DNA of 64,000 nt from Nitrosopumilaceae archaeon. Lineage in GTDB: Archaea > Thermoproteota > Nitrososphaeria > Nitrososphaerales > Nitrosopumilaceae. A program made the position numbers and the translations under genes. A model generated the notes under the pieces. The model was not told where the DNA came from. It made no database searches and saw nothing but the letters and a program-made list of their open reading frames with translations. The stretch spans positions 2,048,001 to 2,112,000 of the forward strand of contig OZ242365.1 in the NCBI GenBank assembly GCA_965208905.1, in the 5' to 3' direction. Of this stretch, positions 40,737-49,398 are shown in pieces (position 1 is the first letter of the stretch; each line of letters opens with the position of its first letter).

Positions 40737-40857
40737 GGAGGAGTAATCAAGCCTGGCCAAAGAGAGCTGAATAGTTCTTGGAAATGCAGGACTTAAGATC
40801 AAAGAATGGGTGATCCTGTCTTTAAGGAGTTCGCGGGTTCAAATCCCGCCTCCTCCA
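40737..40857 (+). tRNA. tRNA-Leu(TAA) with two introns (40763-40783 in the D-arm; 40798-40812 at position 37/38)
   Basis: Acceptor GGAGGAG/CTCCTCC-A, anticodon stem CAGGA/TCCTG, anticodon TAA 40794-40796, T-arm GCGGG-TTCAAAT-CCCGC, long variable arm; 85-nt mature product. Confidence 0.9.
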
Positions 40858-40879
40858 TAAAAATATAAAAAAAATAGTG

Positions 40880-41254
40880 TTAAAGAGATCCCTTCTTCTT
40901 CATAATTGTATAAACTTCGGGCATGGCATAGCAGAAACCGGCGTGTATGCAGTTTTCTTCCTCGCACAGCTCACAGTACAGTGTGTTGTTTTTTACTACT
41001 ACCTCTGCTATACGATTTATCTTTTTATCACGTAGTATGATGCGGTCATCGTCTATACCTATCTTCTTTAACATTGGTGCATTCTTTGCAAACACTTCAT
41101 CTTTCATCATGCGTTCTTCGAGCATGAACGAGACATATTTGGAGAGGCTATAAGCGCCCATCTCATTCTTTACTCCGTCAGTATCTTTGTATGTCTTGAA
41201 TTTGTCGTATATCTGCTCAGGTATTGTTATTGATTTGTAACCAGGTTTTGGCAT
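40880..41254 (-). CDS. Putative RHH-like DNA-binding protein with C-terminal Cys/His metal motif
   Basis: MPKPGYKSITI.. and CELC....CIH. Confidence 0.75.
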   Translation of the reverse strand: MPKPGYKSITIPEQIYDKFKTYKDTDGVKNEMGAYSLSKYVSFMLEERMMKDEVFAKNAPMLKKIGIDDDRIILRDKKINRIAEVVVKNNTLYCELCEEENCIHAGFCYAMPEVYTIMKKKGSL

Positions 41255-41300
41255 ATTACTTCATTATAATGTAGGGTATAGTACATATTTAAGGGTTTAA

Positions 41301-41843
41301 CTATTGTTTGAGGGAATTATATACAAAAGTACACAGCCTCGGCTGTACACTCATGCCTTTTCTGACGACTTCGTTGTATGGAGTGGAGCATAGAAGGTGT
41401 TGGCTTGTAGTCCTCCTTGTGCCCCGGCCGTCTTTGCGGCGGTATGGCGCATGGTTAGAGTTGTCATCCATGACCCTTCTACATGCGACGGAGGCATCCT
41501 GTATGGCGCCCCTGCCAAACACCATAGGTAAGTCAGATACCCAATCCGACTCGGCGCGCCATACAGTCAACTTTTTGTACATGCCGTACTTTAATGCCCT
41601 CTTTGATGGCCCAAAATCATATGTATGGTAGTCATCATCCAGCATACCTGATGTAAAACTCAGCTTGCCCGGCAGTTTGAAGGGCTGCAGGATGTCCACT
41701 ACCACCCTCTCCATATATTCTCCACCAAACAAATACTCTGATACGGCGCGGTTATACACATATCTTGACGCATGATTCGTGCGGTGCGCCCACTCCACGA
41801 ACCGCACATCCCTCCGTAGCGGTACCTTGACTATCCGTATCAT
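41301..41843 (-). pseudogene. TnpB N-terminal fragment, RuvC domain lost
   Basis: MIRIVKVPL...SRYVYNRAV...LTVWRAESDW...AIQDA...PYRRK; no RuvC motifs. Confidence 0.72.
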
Positions 41844-41952
41844 GATATGTAATACGGTATGCTGGTATTTAAGGGGAGTTGCTGTGGACGCGATCCGTGG
41901 TTCAGGCATTAACTCTCAGAATCGGGGTTGTGTACTTTTGTATATAATTCTC
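41312..41952 (-). mobile_element. TIR-bounded element 4 carrying an internally deleted tnpB
   Basis: TIRs GGGAATTATATACAAAAGTACACA and GAGAATTATATACAAAAGTACACA; flanks TTGTTTGA / TTGTGTAA (6/8, possibly a decayed TSD). Confidence 0.85.
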
Positions 41953-42019
41953 TTGTGTAACTATTGACTTACCATCGTATGAAATAATTATATAAGAATT
42001 TCATGTTGCAACTCTTCCC

Positions 42020-43063
42020 TGTATTATGTCGAAATTATTTCGCCTAGTCATCGGTGTCCCTCTCCATCCATTCTAAGTCACTCTTCCTGACATCATCTGG
42101 TACTTTTTTGTTGTGAAATGCCTGTAGCGGGGTCTCGCCATTGTTTATGTCTAAAGACCAGTGCAGTCGCACCTCGTTGTAGTACGCGACAAACTCCGCT
42201 AGGCTGCCAAAATGACATAGTTCTTCTTCCAAGGTGCGGTGGAACCGTTCAAGCTTGCCGTTTGTTTGTGGGTGGTAGGGGCGGGTGTTGATCAACTCAA
42301 TACCCCGGTCAAGCAGCTCTGCCTCAAATATAGTGGGGGTCCATGATTTTGCAGGAATCTTTCTTCTCACACCCACAAAGCACGATCCGTTGTCGGAGAG
42401 TATGGTGGCCGGGGTTCCAAACTCAACAATGCTATTTTGCAGGACTGTTACCGCGTTCTCGGATGTGGCCCCCTTGAATATCATGGCTCCAACCACACAT
42501 CTTGACGCATCATCAAGATATGTGATTAATTGGTAGCCTTGAAAACGTGGATCTTTCATCGCATGCCAGTCCGTATGCCACATCGCATTGGAGTATCTGC
42601 GCTCATAGCGTATCCATTTACGCCTGCGCGATTTTGCTGCAGATAGAGTGACCATATTGTTTTCTTTCATGATTGTGTATACCGTTTTTTCACTTATTTG
42701 TATGCCCTTGTGATTTAAGTACTTGGTGATCCTTGTGACGCCTGCTGGCATTATACGATGTGCTGCTAGTACGACGTTGGTTTGCTCCTCGGTGGGAGGA
42801 ATCTTGGGTCTGCCTGGCATTTGTAGTGTGGGAATCTTGCCCGTTGCACGATACATTGCCCAGAGTTGTTGTACGCGTCTCTGGCTAATCTTCATCTCTG
42901 TAGCAATGTGTGATGTACTACTACCTTTCCTGCATTGTCGAATGATATAATCTATCTGCTTCTGTGTCAGATTGACTCTCATGGGTTTGCGTGATCTATA
43001 TAGACTAAAATATTCTTTGGTTGGCAGTCTAAAGTTAGGGCGAACTAATTTCCGCACAATAGA
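42020..43063 (-). mobile_element. IS481-family element with 16-bp direct repeat
   Basis: 25-bp TIRs (20/25 match); TGTTGCAACTCTTCCC at 42004-42019 and 43064-43079. Confidence 0.92.
42044..42982 (-). CDS. IS481-family transposase
   Basis: HTH, WHTDWH, YLDDASR, LSDNGS, PQTNGKLERFH. Confidence 0.92.
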   Translation of the reverse strand: MRVNLTQKQIDYIIRQCRKGSSTSHIATEMKISQRRVQQLWAMYRATGKIPTLQMPGRPKIPPTEEQTNVVLAAHRIMPAGVTRITKYLNHKGIQISEKTVYTIMKENNMVTLSAAKSRRRKWIRYERRYSNAMWHTDWHAMKDPRFQGYQLITYLDDASRCVVGAMIFKGATSENAVTVLQNSIVEFGTPATILSDNGSCFVGVRRKIPAKSWTPTIFEAELLDRGIELINTRPYHPQTNGKLERFHRTLEEELCHFGSLAEFVAYYNEVRLHWSLDINNGETPLQAFHNKKVPDDVRKSDLEWMERDTDD

Positions 43064-43307
43064 TGTTGCAACTCTTCCCACAAGTTTGGATGATTAACAA
43101 GTAATATTAATGATCTTGAACATTAACGACAATTATAGTGGGTGTAAGGTATAACAAGTCACGAAAACCAAGGACAAGTAAGAGTGTACGTACATCAAAA
43201 CCACAAACAGATACCGTATACTGTTGTTTTCACTCCACGCACCTAATGTATGATGCCCACACTCCATCCTGTAAGTATCGTTAATGGAACATCGCATATG
43301 GTGCAAC

Positions 43308-44321
43308 TCAACAAAAGTTTTGTGTTGCATACATCTTTCCATCTTCACTAAACGCCACACCAACACCCGTCCTATCATAAGCGGGCTCTAGTATGTTTGC
43401 GCGATGACCAGGACTGCTCATCCAGCTGGTAACCACGTCCCAGGCTATGTCCCGAGTAGTCTCATTATGTTCAATACCACTAACCCAAGATATATTCTCA
43501 GCAAGCCCGTAGGTGTAGTAGGAACCATGGTCTCTGGTGCAGTCATAGCCGGCACGCATCACCCGGTCTGTTGGGTCAAGGCCTTCGGGGGTGACATGTC
43601 TGAAATATTCCCGGTCAGCCATATCTTGACTATGCTCTTTAGCAATCTCTTCCACCAAAGCAATGCGCTGAAGTTTATCTACTCCCATCGACTCGCGCTC
43701 TGTATTTGTGAACAGGTATATGTATAATTCAATATCCTTAACAAACTCTTCTTCATCTGGCGATATCATTGGGCCGACTATGTAATCATCTATCGATGAT
43801 ATATCGAATTCGATATCGTCTGAATCGTTCTGCATCAACTCTTCATCTGTGTTCGCTCTGTCCGGTGTTGGGGGGCTCTCATCTATAGGACGTATGTATG
43901 GTCCAAATGCATCTGGTAGTAGGGTATAGACTGCGTCGGTGACAGTTCCAGGAACCTCTATTACATCCGCAAACGTCTCAACCACAGTATCAGTTACAGC
44001 CCCCGGAACTTCGACCACATCCGCAAACGTCTCAACTACAGTATCAGTTACAGCCCCCGGAACTTCGACCACATCCGCAAACGTCTCAACTACAGTATCA
44101 GTTACAGATCCGGCCATCTCTTCTGTATCTGATACAACATCTGTTATTGTCCCAGTTATGGCATCTGTGGCGTCCTCTGTAACATTGGTGGCCACACTGG
44201 ATGCGGTTCTGACGCCTGAAATTATCTCGGGTACTGCATATGTAAAAAATGACCACAACCCAACACCTATAACGCCTACAATTACGGCTAAAATTATTGG
44301 CTTCTTGGGCATATAATACAT
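43308..44321 (-). CDS. Membrane-anchored CAP/SCP domain protein with repeat stalk
   Basis: TNTER, HSQDMADREYFRH, AENI, WMSSPGHRANIL, GVGV...ATQNFC. Confidence 0.9.
   Translation of the reverse strand: MYYMPKKPIILAVIVGVIGVGLWSFFTYAVPEIISGVRTASSVATNVTEDATDAITGTITDVVSDTEEMAGSVTDTVVETFADVVEVPGAVTDTVVETFADVVEVPGAVTDTVVETFADVIEVPGTVTDAVYTLLPDAFGPYIRPIDESPPTPDRANTDEELMQNDSDDIEFDISSIDDYIVGPMISPDEEEFVKDIELYIYLFTNTERESMGVDKLQRIALVEEIAKEHSQDMADREYFRHVTPEGLDPTDRVMRAGYDCTRDHGSYYTYGLAENISWVSGIEHNETTRDIAWDVVTSWMSSPGHRANILEPAYDRTGVGVAFSEDGKMYATQNFC
43939..44107 (+). repeat. 54-bp tandem repeat, about 3 copies (PGAVTDTVVETFADVVEV)
   Basis: ACATCCGCAAACGTCTCAAC at 43963, 44017 and 44071. Confidence 0.93.
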
Positions 44322-44472
44322 TATATGTCATGCTCTATTTGTTTTACCCATGCCGGTTTCTTGTAAACCCGGTTGATGGTGATTTCTGCATGATGCTAAG
44401 CTAGCATACGATATCATACTAGATATATCTGCGATATTTGCACTTAAACCACTACCTTTCAAGCCTGCTAAT

Positions 44473-46830
44473 CTAGTTGCTACGACATTGCTGGCACGTC
44501 TCGGGTAGCGCCTGACCGCCGTCTTGGCAGAGTTGTATCAGCACATCATCGGGACACTCAAATCCAAATACTTTTTTTATTTCAGTGGGAGTGTTGCCTG
44601 TAATGCCACAGGCTGAGCACGTATGTGAGATATCGACTTCTTCCTCTTCTTCCTCTTCAATCTCTTCCTCTTGGTCTTTCCACACCTTCCAGTACTCTCG
44701 GTATAATCTCCAACCCATGGAGGCACTGAGGGGAGCATACTTTGAATGGTTCAGCTGAAAGTTGTCGTCTATATCTACAATAAGCATATCTTCTGTACCA
44801 CCAATCTTTGTGCCTCTCATGCCTCTACCTACCATCTGTGTGTACAAAAGGGCACTTTTAACCGGCCTGCCTACAAAGACACAGTCCACACCCGGAGCAT
44901 CAAAACCTGTGGTAAGTACGCCAAAGTTACAGAGTACCTCAACGTCACCCTCTCGAAACTCGTGTATAGCGGTTATTCTAGAATCCATATCCATGGCAGA
45001 ATCAATATATCTTGTATTGGTGTTGTACATTGCCTTGAGAGCTATGGCAATCTTACGGGAATGCTCCACACTACATCCAAAGAAGAGTATCTTCTTTCGG
45101 CCTATCTCTCTTAATTGGTTTATGGTCTTTAGGATTAGTGTATTACGATCAAAATTAGATCCAATCTGGTTGAGCGTCTTTGCTTGAAATTCACCATACA
45201 TCTCAATATCAGAGATATCCTTCATGGTGAGATCTATAGCTTCATGAGATACCACCACCTTGTGGTATACATCACAAAGTATTTCCCGCTGTATCAGTTT
45301 CCCGTATAGGTCTTTTTGCCCCTCTTTTGGGTTAATTGTTCTGGGGTCTACTCGCCCATATATGTCGATTAATGAAACAGCCACGCCCACATTACCATCG
45401 TTGTCGGTAACAGTCAACTCTATCTCGTATCTTCCGGGCTTTGTGAATTGGTGAAATACGTTCTGTCCTGTATATGTCCACTCCTTGTTGTCGTCCGAGT
45501 GTATCATCCAATTGTACTTTGTGATGAAACCTTCAAAGTCGTATGATTTAGATCCCAATATTCTAATTACATCGTCTGTATATGCCGCCGACGGGCAGTC
45601 TATAAGTGCATGTGGTTTGATATTAGCAGAAGATTTCAAGTATGATATGGAAGGAAAGTGTACTCCGTTGTACCATCGATGCAGACGTTGAGTCTCGGTA
45701 TCTCCGCCCCCCCGAAATGGTGTCGCTGTCAGACCCAGCAGTATTATGCCCTTTTCAGAGATCTCTTTTTTACGATTGTCCCAGTTGAAACCCATCTTTC
45801 TTAGCACTGCTGAGTATGAGGGCGCTATTGAGTGGTGCGCCTCATCCACAATTATACATGATACAGAGTTGCCAAGATTTTCCAGCTCCCGAGGTTTGTT
45901 CAGATTGGCGCTATACAAAGACTGTATTGATGCCACAATGATGCCCCGCTCATCTAACAGGTCCTCTATATCTAGTGTTGGAAGGGCGTTATCTCTACCC
46001 CAAAACTTGTAAAGTCGCATGACCGTACCCTGGGCCCCCATTGATTTGAAGACATCCTTGAATGTACTGCGCGCCTGCTCGCAGAGCTCGTGCGACTGCG
46101 CAATCCATAGTATAAATCGAGAGTCGCGCTGCTGTGAGTTCTTTGAGGGTTTGCCATCGTTAAGCCATTCAATCAAAGTTTCGGTGATCATGCGAGTCTT
46201 TCCAGAACCGGTAGGTACTGCTATCAGTTTTCTTTTGACCTCTCTCTTCTGTTCGCCCTCAAGCTCTGTACCTTCCAGTATGTTACGCACGTACCTTCCT
46301 GTCGAGTATTGATAGTCGTATAATGGATTGATTTGAATGTGCGGTTCCACCGTCTCTATGGATGGCGGCTCTTCGGCGCGCTCCTTTTCAGCCACAGATG
46401 CAGGGAGATCAAATATCTCGGCTAACTTTAAACACCATTTGTGTATGGGGCGCATATTGATGACATCGTTCATGTATTTGATGGAACCCTTGGGAGCGAC
46501 GTCTGATACTGCCTTTAGTAAGCTATCTTCAGTAAACAGGCCTTTGTTTATGCCCGTAACTATGATTAATGTAAGAAATGTACGACGTGTCTCTGGATCA
46601 TTTCCAATGGTTCTTAGAAATCTGGGCCCGACCAAGTCATACAGTACTTCGGCCATACTATCTTGGGTCACCTCAAGTTCTCCACCCTTTTGTATCTGGA
46701 GAAGTACATCTAAGCCCATGCTCAGCTCGGATATGACCTCTACTATCTCCTCTAACGTCCACCACATCTTGAATTTTTCGATACATGCAGTCTTTGCGGT
46801 TCGTGCCGCTAACGTTCTTGTCTCTTCCAA
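44473..46830 (-). CDS. SF2 (ResIII-like) DEAH helicase with inserted PKD domain and C-terminal zinc ribbon
   Basis: PTGSGKT, DEAHH, LTATP, LTTGFDAP, QMVGRGMR; PKD-like segment; CSAC...CQQC. Confidence 0.88.
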   Translation of the reverse strand: MEETRTLAARTAKTACIEKFKMWWTLEEIVEVISELSMGLDVLLQIQKGGELEVTQDSMAEVLYDLVGPRFLRTIGNDPETRRTFLTLIIVTGINKGLFTEDSLLKAVSDVAPKGSIKYMNDVINMRPIHKWCLKLAEIFDLPASVAEKERAEEPPSIETVEPHIQINPLYDYQYSTGRYVRNILEGTELEGEQKREVKRKLIAVPTGSGKTRMITETLIEWLNDGKPSKNSQQRDSRFILWIAQSHELCEQARSTFKDVFKSMGAQGTVMRLYKFWGRDNALPTLDIEDLLDERGIIVASIQSLYSANLNKPRELENLGNSVSCIIVDEAHHSIAPSYSAVLRKMGFNWDNRKKEISEKGIILLGLTATPFRGGGDTETQRLHRWYNGVHFPSISYLKSSANIKPHALIDCPSAAYTDDVIRILGSKSYDFEGFITKYNWMIHSDDNKEWTYTGQNVFHQFTKPGRYEIELTVTDNDGNVGVAVSLIDIYGRVDPRTINPKEGQKDLYGKLIQREILCDVYHKVVVSHEAIDLTMKDISDIEMYGEFQAKTLNQIGSNFDRNTLILKTINQLREIGRKKILFFGCSVEHSRKIAIALKAMYNTNTRYIDSAMDMDSRITAIHEFREGDVEVLCNFGVLTTGFDAPGVDCVFVGRPVKSALLYTQMVGRGMRGTKIGGTEDMLIVDIDDNFQLNHSKYAPLSASMGWRLYREYWKVWKDQEEEIEEEEEEEVDISHTCSACGITGNTPTEIKKVFGFECPDDVLIQLCQDGGQALPETCQQCRSN

Positions 46831-46868
46831 TTTGCAGATTATATTAATCTGTATCTTATAGGCTTATC

Positions 46869-47826
46869 GGGAAATTGGAACTGTTAAGTTATAGGTACCT
46901 TAGACCTAGACCTAAACCAGCCTGCCGTACGGCAGATGTTGGCGAATTGCCATTCAGAGGAGTTCCTGAAAGATGTACTTTGTTGGTTGGGCAAAGCAGC
47001 CCTACCTTTGGACAACCTGTACCGGCCATCACGTCGTTAACACTTGGGGGAGGTATGCAAGTGCCAAGATGTATCCTTCCTCTCAAGACCATTCCGGCCT
47101 TGTTGTACAGCGCGTAAACGGCTTGCGCGCGTTTAGACCACCGTACAGTACGAAATGTGAAAAGTATGTTGAACGCGGCATTGACATCCGCATGCATCAG
47201 AACACCGCACTCATGACACCTGAACTGACTGCTTTTGCGCCATGTGTTTGTGCTGCCGTATACACAGCACCGCTGTGATGTATATTTCTGGTCTATTTCC
47301 ATGTACTCTGTATTGTGTTGCAAAGCCTGTTGCGCCAGCAAGGCCCGCGCCTCACCACACTTGCTTTGTCGCATCTTCCTATTCTTGGCTTTCTGACCGG
47401 GGCCCTTAGTCGTCATTGTACGGAGGTTCATTCCCTCCATGATGATTTTGTCGCACTGCACGAACAGCTTTTTGGCAAACTTGCGCAGTTTGTCTTTCTG
47501 CCTATTTCCCACCTTTTTGTATATACTTTGCAGTTGCGCATGCAATGTACACCACTTGTGGGAGTGGAGTTTGCAGTGAGACATCTTCTTTTGAATCCGC
47601 GCGATGTTCCGTATGGTGTCCTGCTCGCGCAGTGTAAGCATATCAATTGTACCGTCCGATTTTCCAACAACAAGCGTTGCTTGCCGCCCATGTCAATTCC
47701 CGCATGTATGCCGGTTGCTACACGGTCCGGGACATCCTCGCGTATTGTGACGTGTAGTTCAAACTGCCTCTCTTTATCTGTGTTGTTTGACAGGTTCTGG
47801 GAAATCAACGGGACATGACATGTAGT
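46869..47826 (-). pseudogene. Frameshifted, 5'-truncated tnpB (element 3) keeping one GGGAAATT end
   Basis: RQFELHVTI..GIDMG (47428-47808 frame), then IMEGM..TSQRC..HADVNAA (46889-47641 frame); homologous to element 1 TnpB; GGGAAATTGG at 46869. Confidence 0.85.
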
Positions 47827-47855
47827 GGGAAATTAGGGACATAAAAAATGAGGGA

Positions 47856-49109
47856 TTAAGATGTTGATTCTGCGGCTGCTCGAATGAGGGTTAGGTACTT
47901 GTTATTACCCTCGATAGTGATACCTGCGGCCTCGGCAGGCGTAATTTTGTCTGGGAGTCCTTCATGTGGTTTGACAAAGTTATGATAGAGTCGTAATCCA
48001 GTAATGATGCCAGAGTCCTCACGCTTAAGCCCTCTGGTTACTTTCTCTCTATGGCGTAGGGTTGCTCCGTTGAAGGATTCCATTTGGTTGTTATGATGTA
48101 TGCCGTCAAACGCCACATCATGAATGTGTTCTGTATCTTTGTGCAGGAAGTTCTTTGCCTTGTATTGTTGTTTCCATGCATTGTGGAAGTTTGCCGCCTT
48201 GTCACTGATTAATGTGGTTGGGACTTTACCGGCCACACGTTTAGCCTCTTTAAACATTGGAGCCACATCATCATTGCCTTTGTGGGTGGCTACCATTTTG
48301 GCTATCCAAAAGCGGGTCTCACTGTCCAGCATGGCAAATAGATATTTGCGGTTACCTTTGATTTTTAGATATAGTTCGTCAGTGCGCCAAGCCTCTCCGA
48401 CCTGTGGCTTAATGGTGTCAGCGAACCGTTCCATTATCTCAGCATATTCTTTACCCCAATTCTGGACGGTCTTGTAGGTGATCTTGAACCCTGTCATCTC
48501 AAGGCTCTTGGCAACCTTCCTGCTAGACAAACCACTAAACAGTAAATCTACGGCCTGCGTAATCTGTTCGGGGGTTGCGTGCTTTCTCTCAAAGCCTAGG
48601 TTGTGCGTGAACCTCTTGTTGCAGTCCTTACATTTGTAGCCTTGGACCGGTCCTCGTTTAAGTCTGCGTATGCCTTGTTTGACAACATTAGAGGATTTAC
48701 ATCGTTTGCACTTGGTGAGATCCACTTGTTTGATAATGGTCTTGGGCACTTCTTCTTGTACTGCCTCACGCATTCTCTTGGATATTTCGATTGCGTGTGC
48801 GTGTTTGCAACATACACCACGGTACATTGAATCGGGACAGGAACAAACCCATCCCGATTCTGTCTGTATCACCTCATAGACCTTATTGGAAGACTGAGAT
48901 CTTACAGTATAGGTTGTATCATCAACTCTTGTTATCTGATTTGATTTACTCGCTATTTGCGCACCCCGTGTGATTCTAGCCTTTTGGCCGGGGCTATGAT
49001 TCTTATGTGATGGTATAACAATAGGCTCAGAGTGCAAGTTGCTCTTCATTGGGATGGTCACGATCCCTCTGACTTTCTTTTCATCATCGCCATACTTTGT
49101 TGTTATCAT
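47856..49109 (-). CDS. IS6-family (IS240-like) DDE transposase with SWIM and zinc-ribbon N-terminus
   Basis: CSCPD...CKH SWIM; CKRC...CKDC; WRTDELY, LISDKA, NNQMESFN; putative element end GGGAAATTAGGG at 47827. Confidence 0.88.
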   Translation of the reverse strand: MITTKYGDDEKKVRGIVTIPMKSNLHSEPIVIPSHKNHSPGQKARITRGAQIASKSNQITRVDDTTYTVRSQSSNKVYEVIQTESGWVCSCPDSMYRGVCCKHAHAIEISKRMREAVQEEVPKTIIKQVDLTKCKRCKSSNVVKQGIRRLKRGPVQGYKCKDCNKRFTHNLGFERKHATPEQITQAVDLLFSGLSSRKVAKSLEMTGFKITYKTVQNWGKEYAEIMERFADTIKPQVGEAWRTDELYLKIKGNRKYLFAMLDSETRFWIAKMVATHKGNDDVAPMFKEAKRVAGKVPTTLISDKAANFHNAWKQQYKAKNFLHKDTEHIHDVAFDGIHHNNQMESFNGATLRHREKVTRGLKREDSGIITGLRLYHNFVKPHEGLPDKITPAEAAGITIEGNNKYLTLIRAAAESTS

Positions 49110-49112
49110 TAC

Positions 49113-49162
49113 TAACTGTGCAGTTAATCGATAATATATACTTTGTGAAAAACTGCGCAGTT
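49113..49162. promoter_or_regulatory. Paired palindromic operator-like sites in a divergent promoter
   Basis: TAACTGTGCAGTTA (49113-49126) and AACTGCGCAGTT (49151-49162). Confidence 0.6.
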
Positions 49163-49194
49163 AACTATTTATAATAAAGTAACGTACCAATAAC

Positions 49195-49398
49195 ATGACG
49201 CGCTGGAAGAAAGATACGACTGAATTTGATATGAGGCTTAGTTACAGTCGTAATAAGGACGGGTCGAAGACTATGGCCTGCCGTGTGCCTCGACAAATAT
49301 TCGAGTTTTTGGGTGAGCCAAAATTACTTCGATTTTGTATAAATGACGGCAAAGTTAGCGTGGAGGGCATTAGAGATGACAGAAACAAAACCAAATGA
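49195..49398 (+). CDS. Small AbrB/MazE-like DNA-binding protein
   Basis: CRVPRQIFEFLG...LRFCINDGKVSV pattern; divergent from the transposase. Confidence 0.65.
   Translation: MTRWKKDTTEFDMRLSYSRNKDGSKTMACRVPRQIFEFLGEPKLLRFCINDGKVSVEGIRDDRNKTK

Noticed and set aside
40830-40857. attR copy of the tRNA-Leu 3' end
   Set aside because: No duplicate found by eye in the rest of the window.
42983-43081. Extended start of the IS481 ORF at 43081
   Set aside because: Starts outside the element, in the target duplication region; ATG 42982 preferred.
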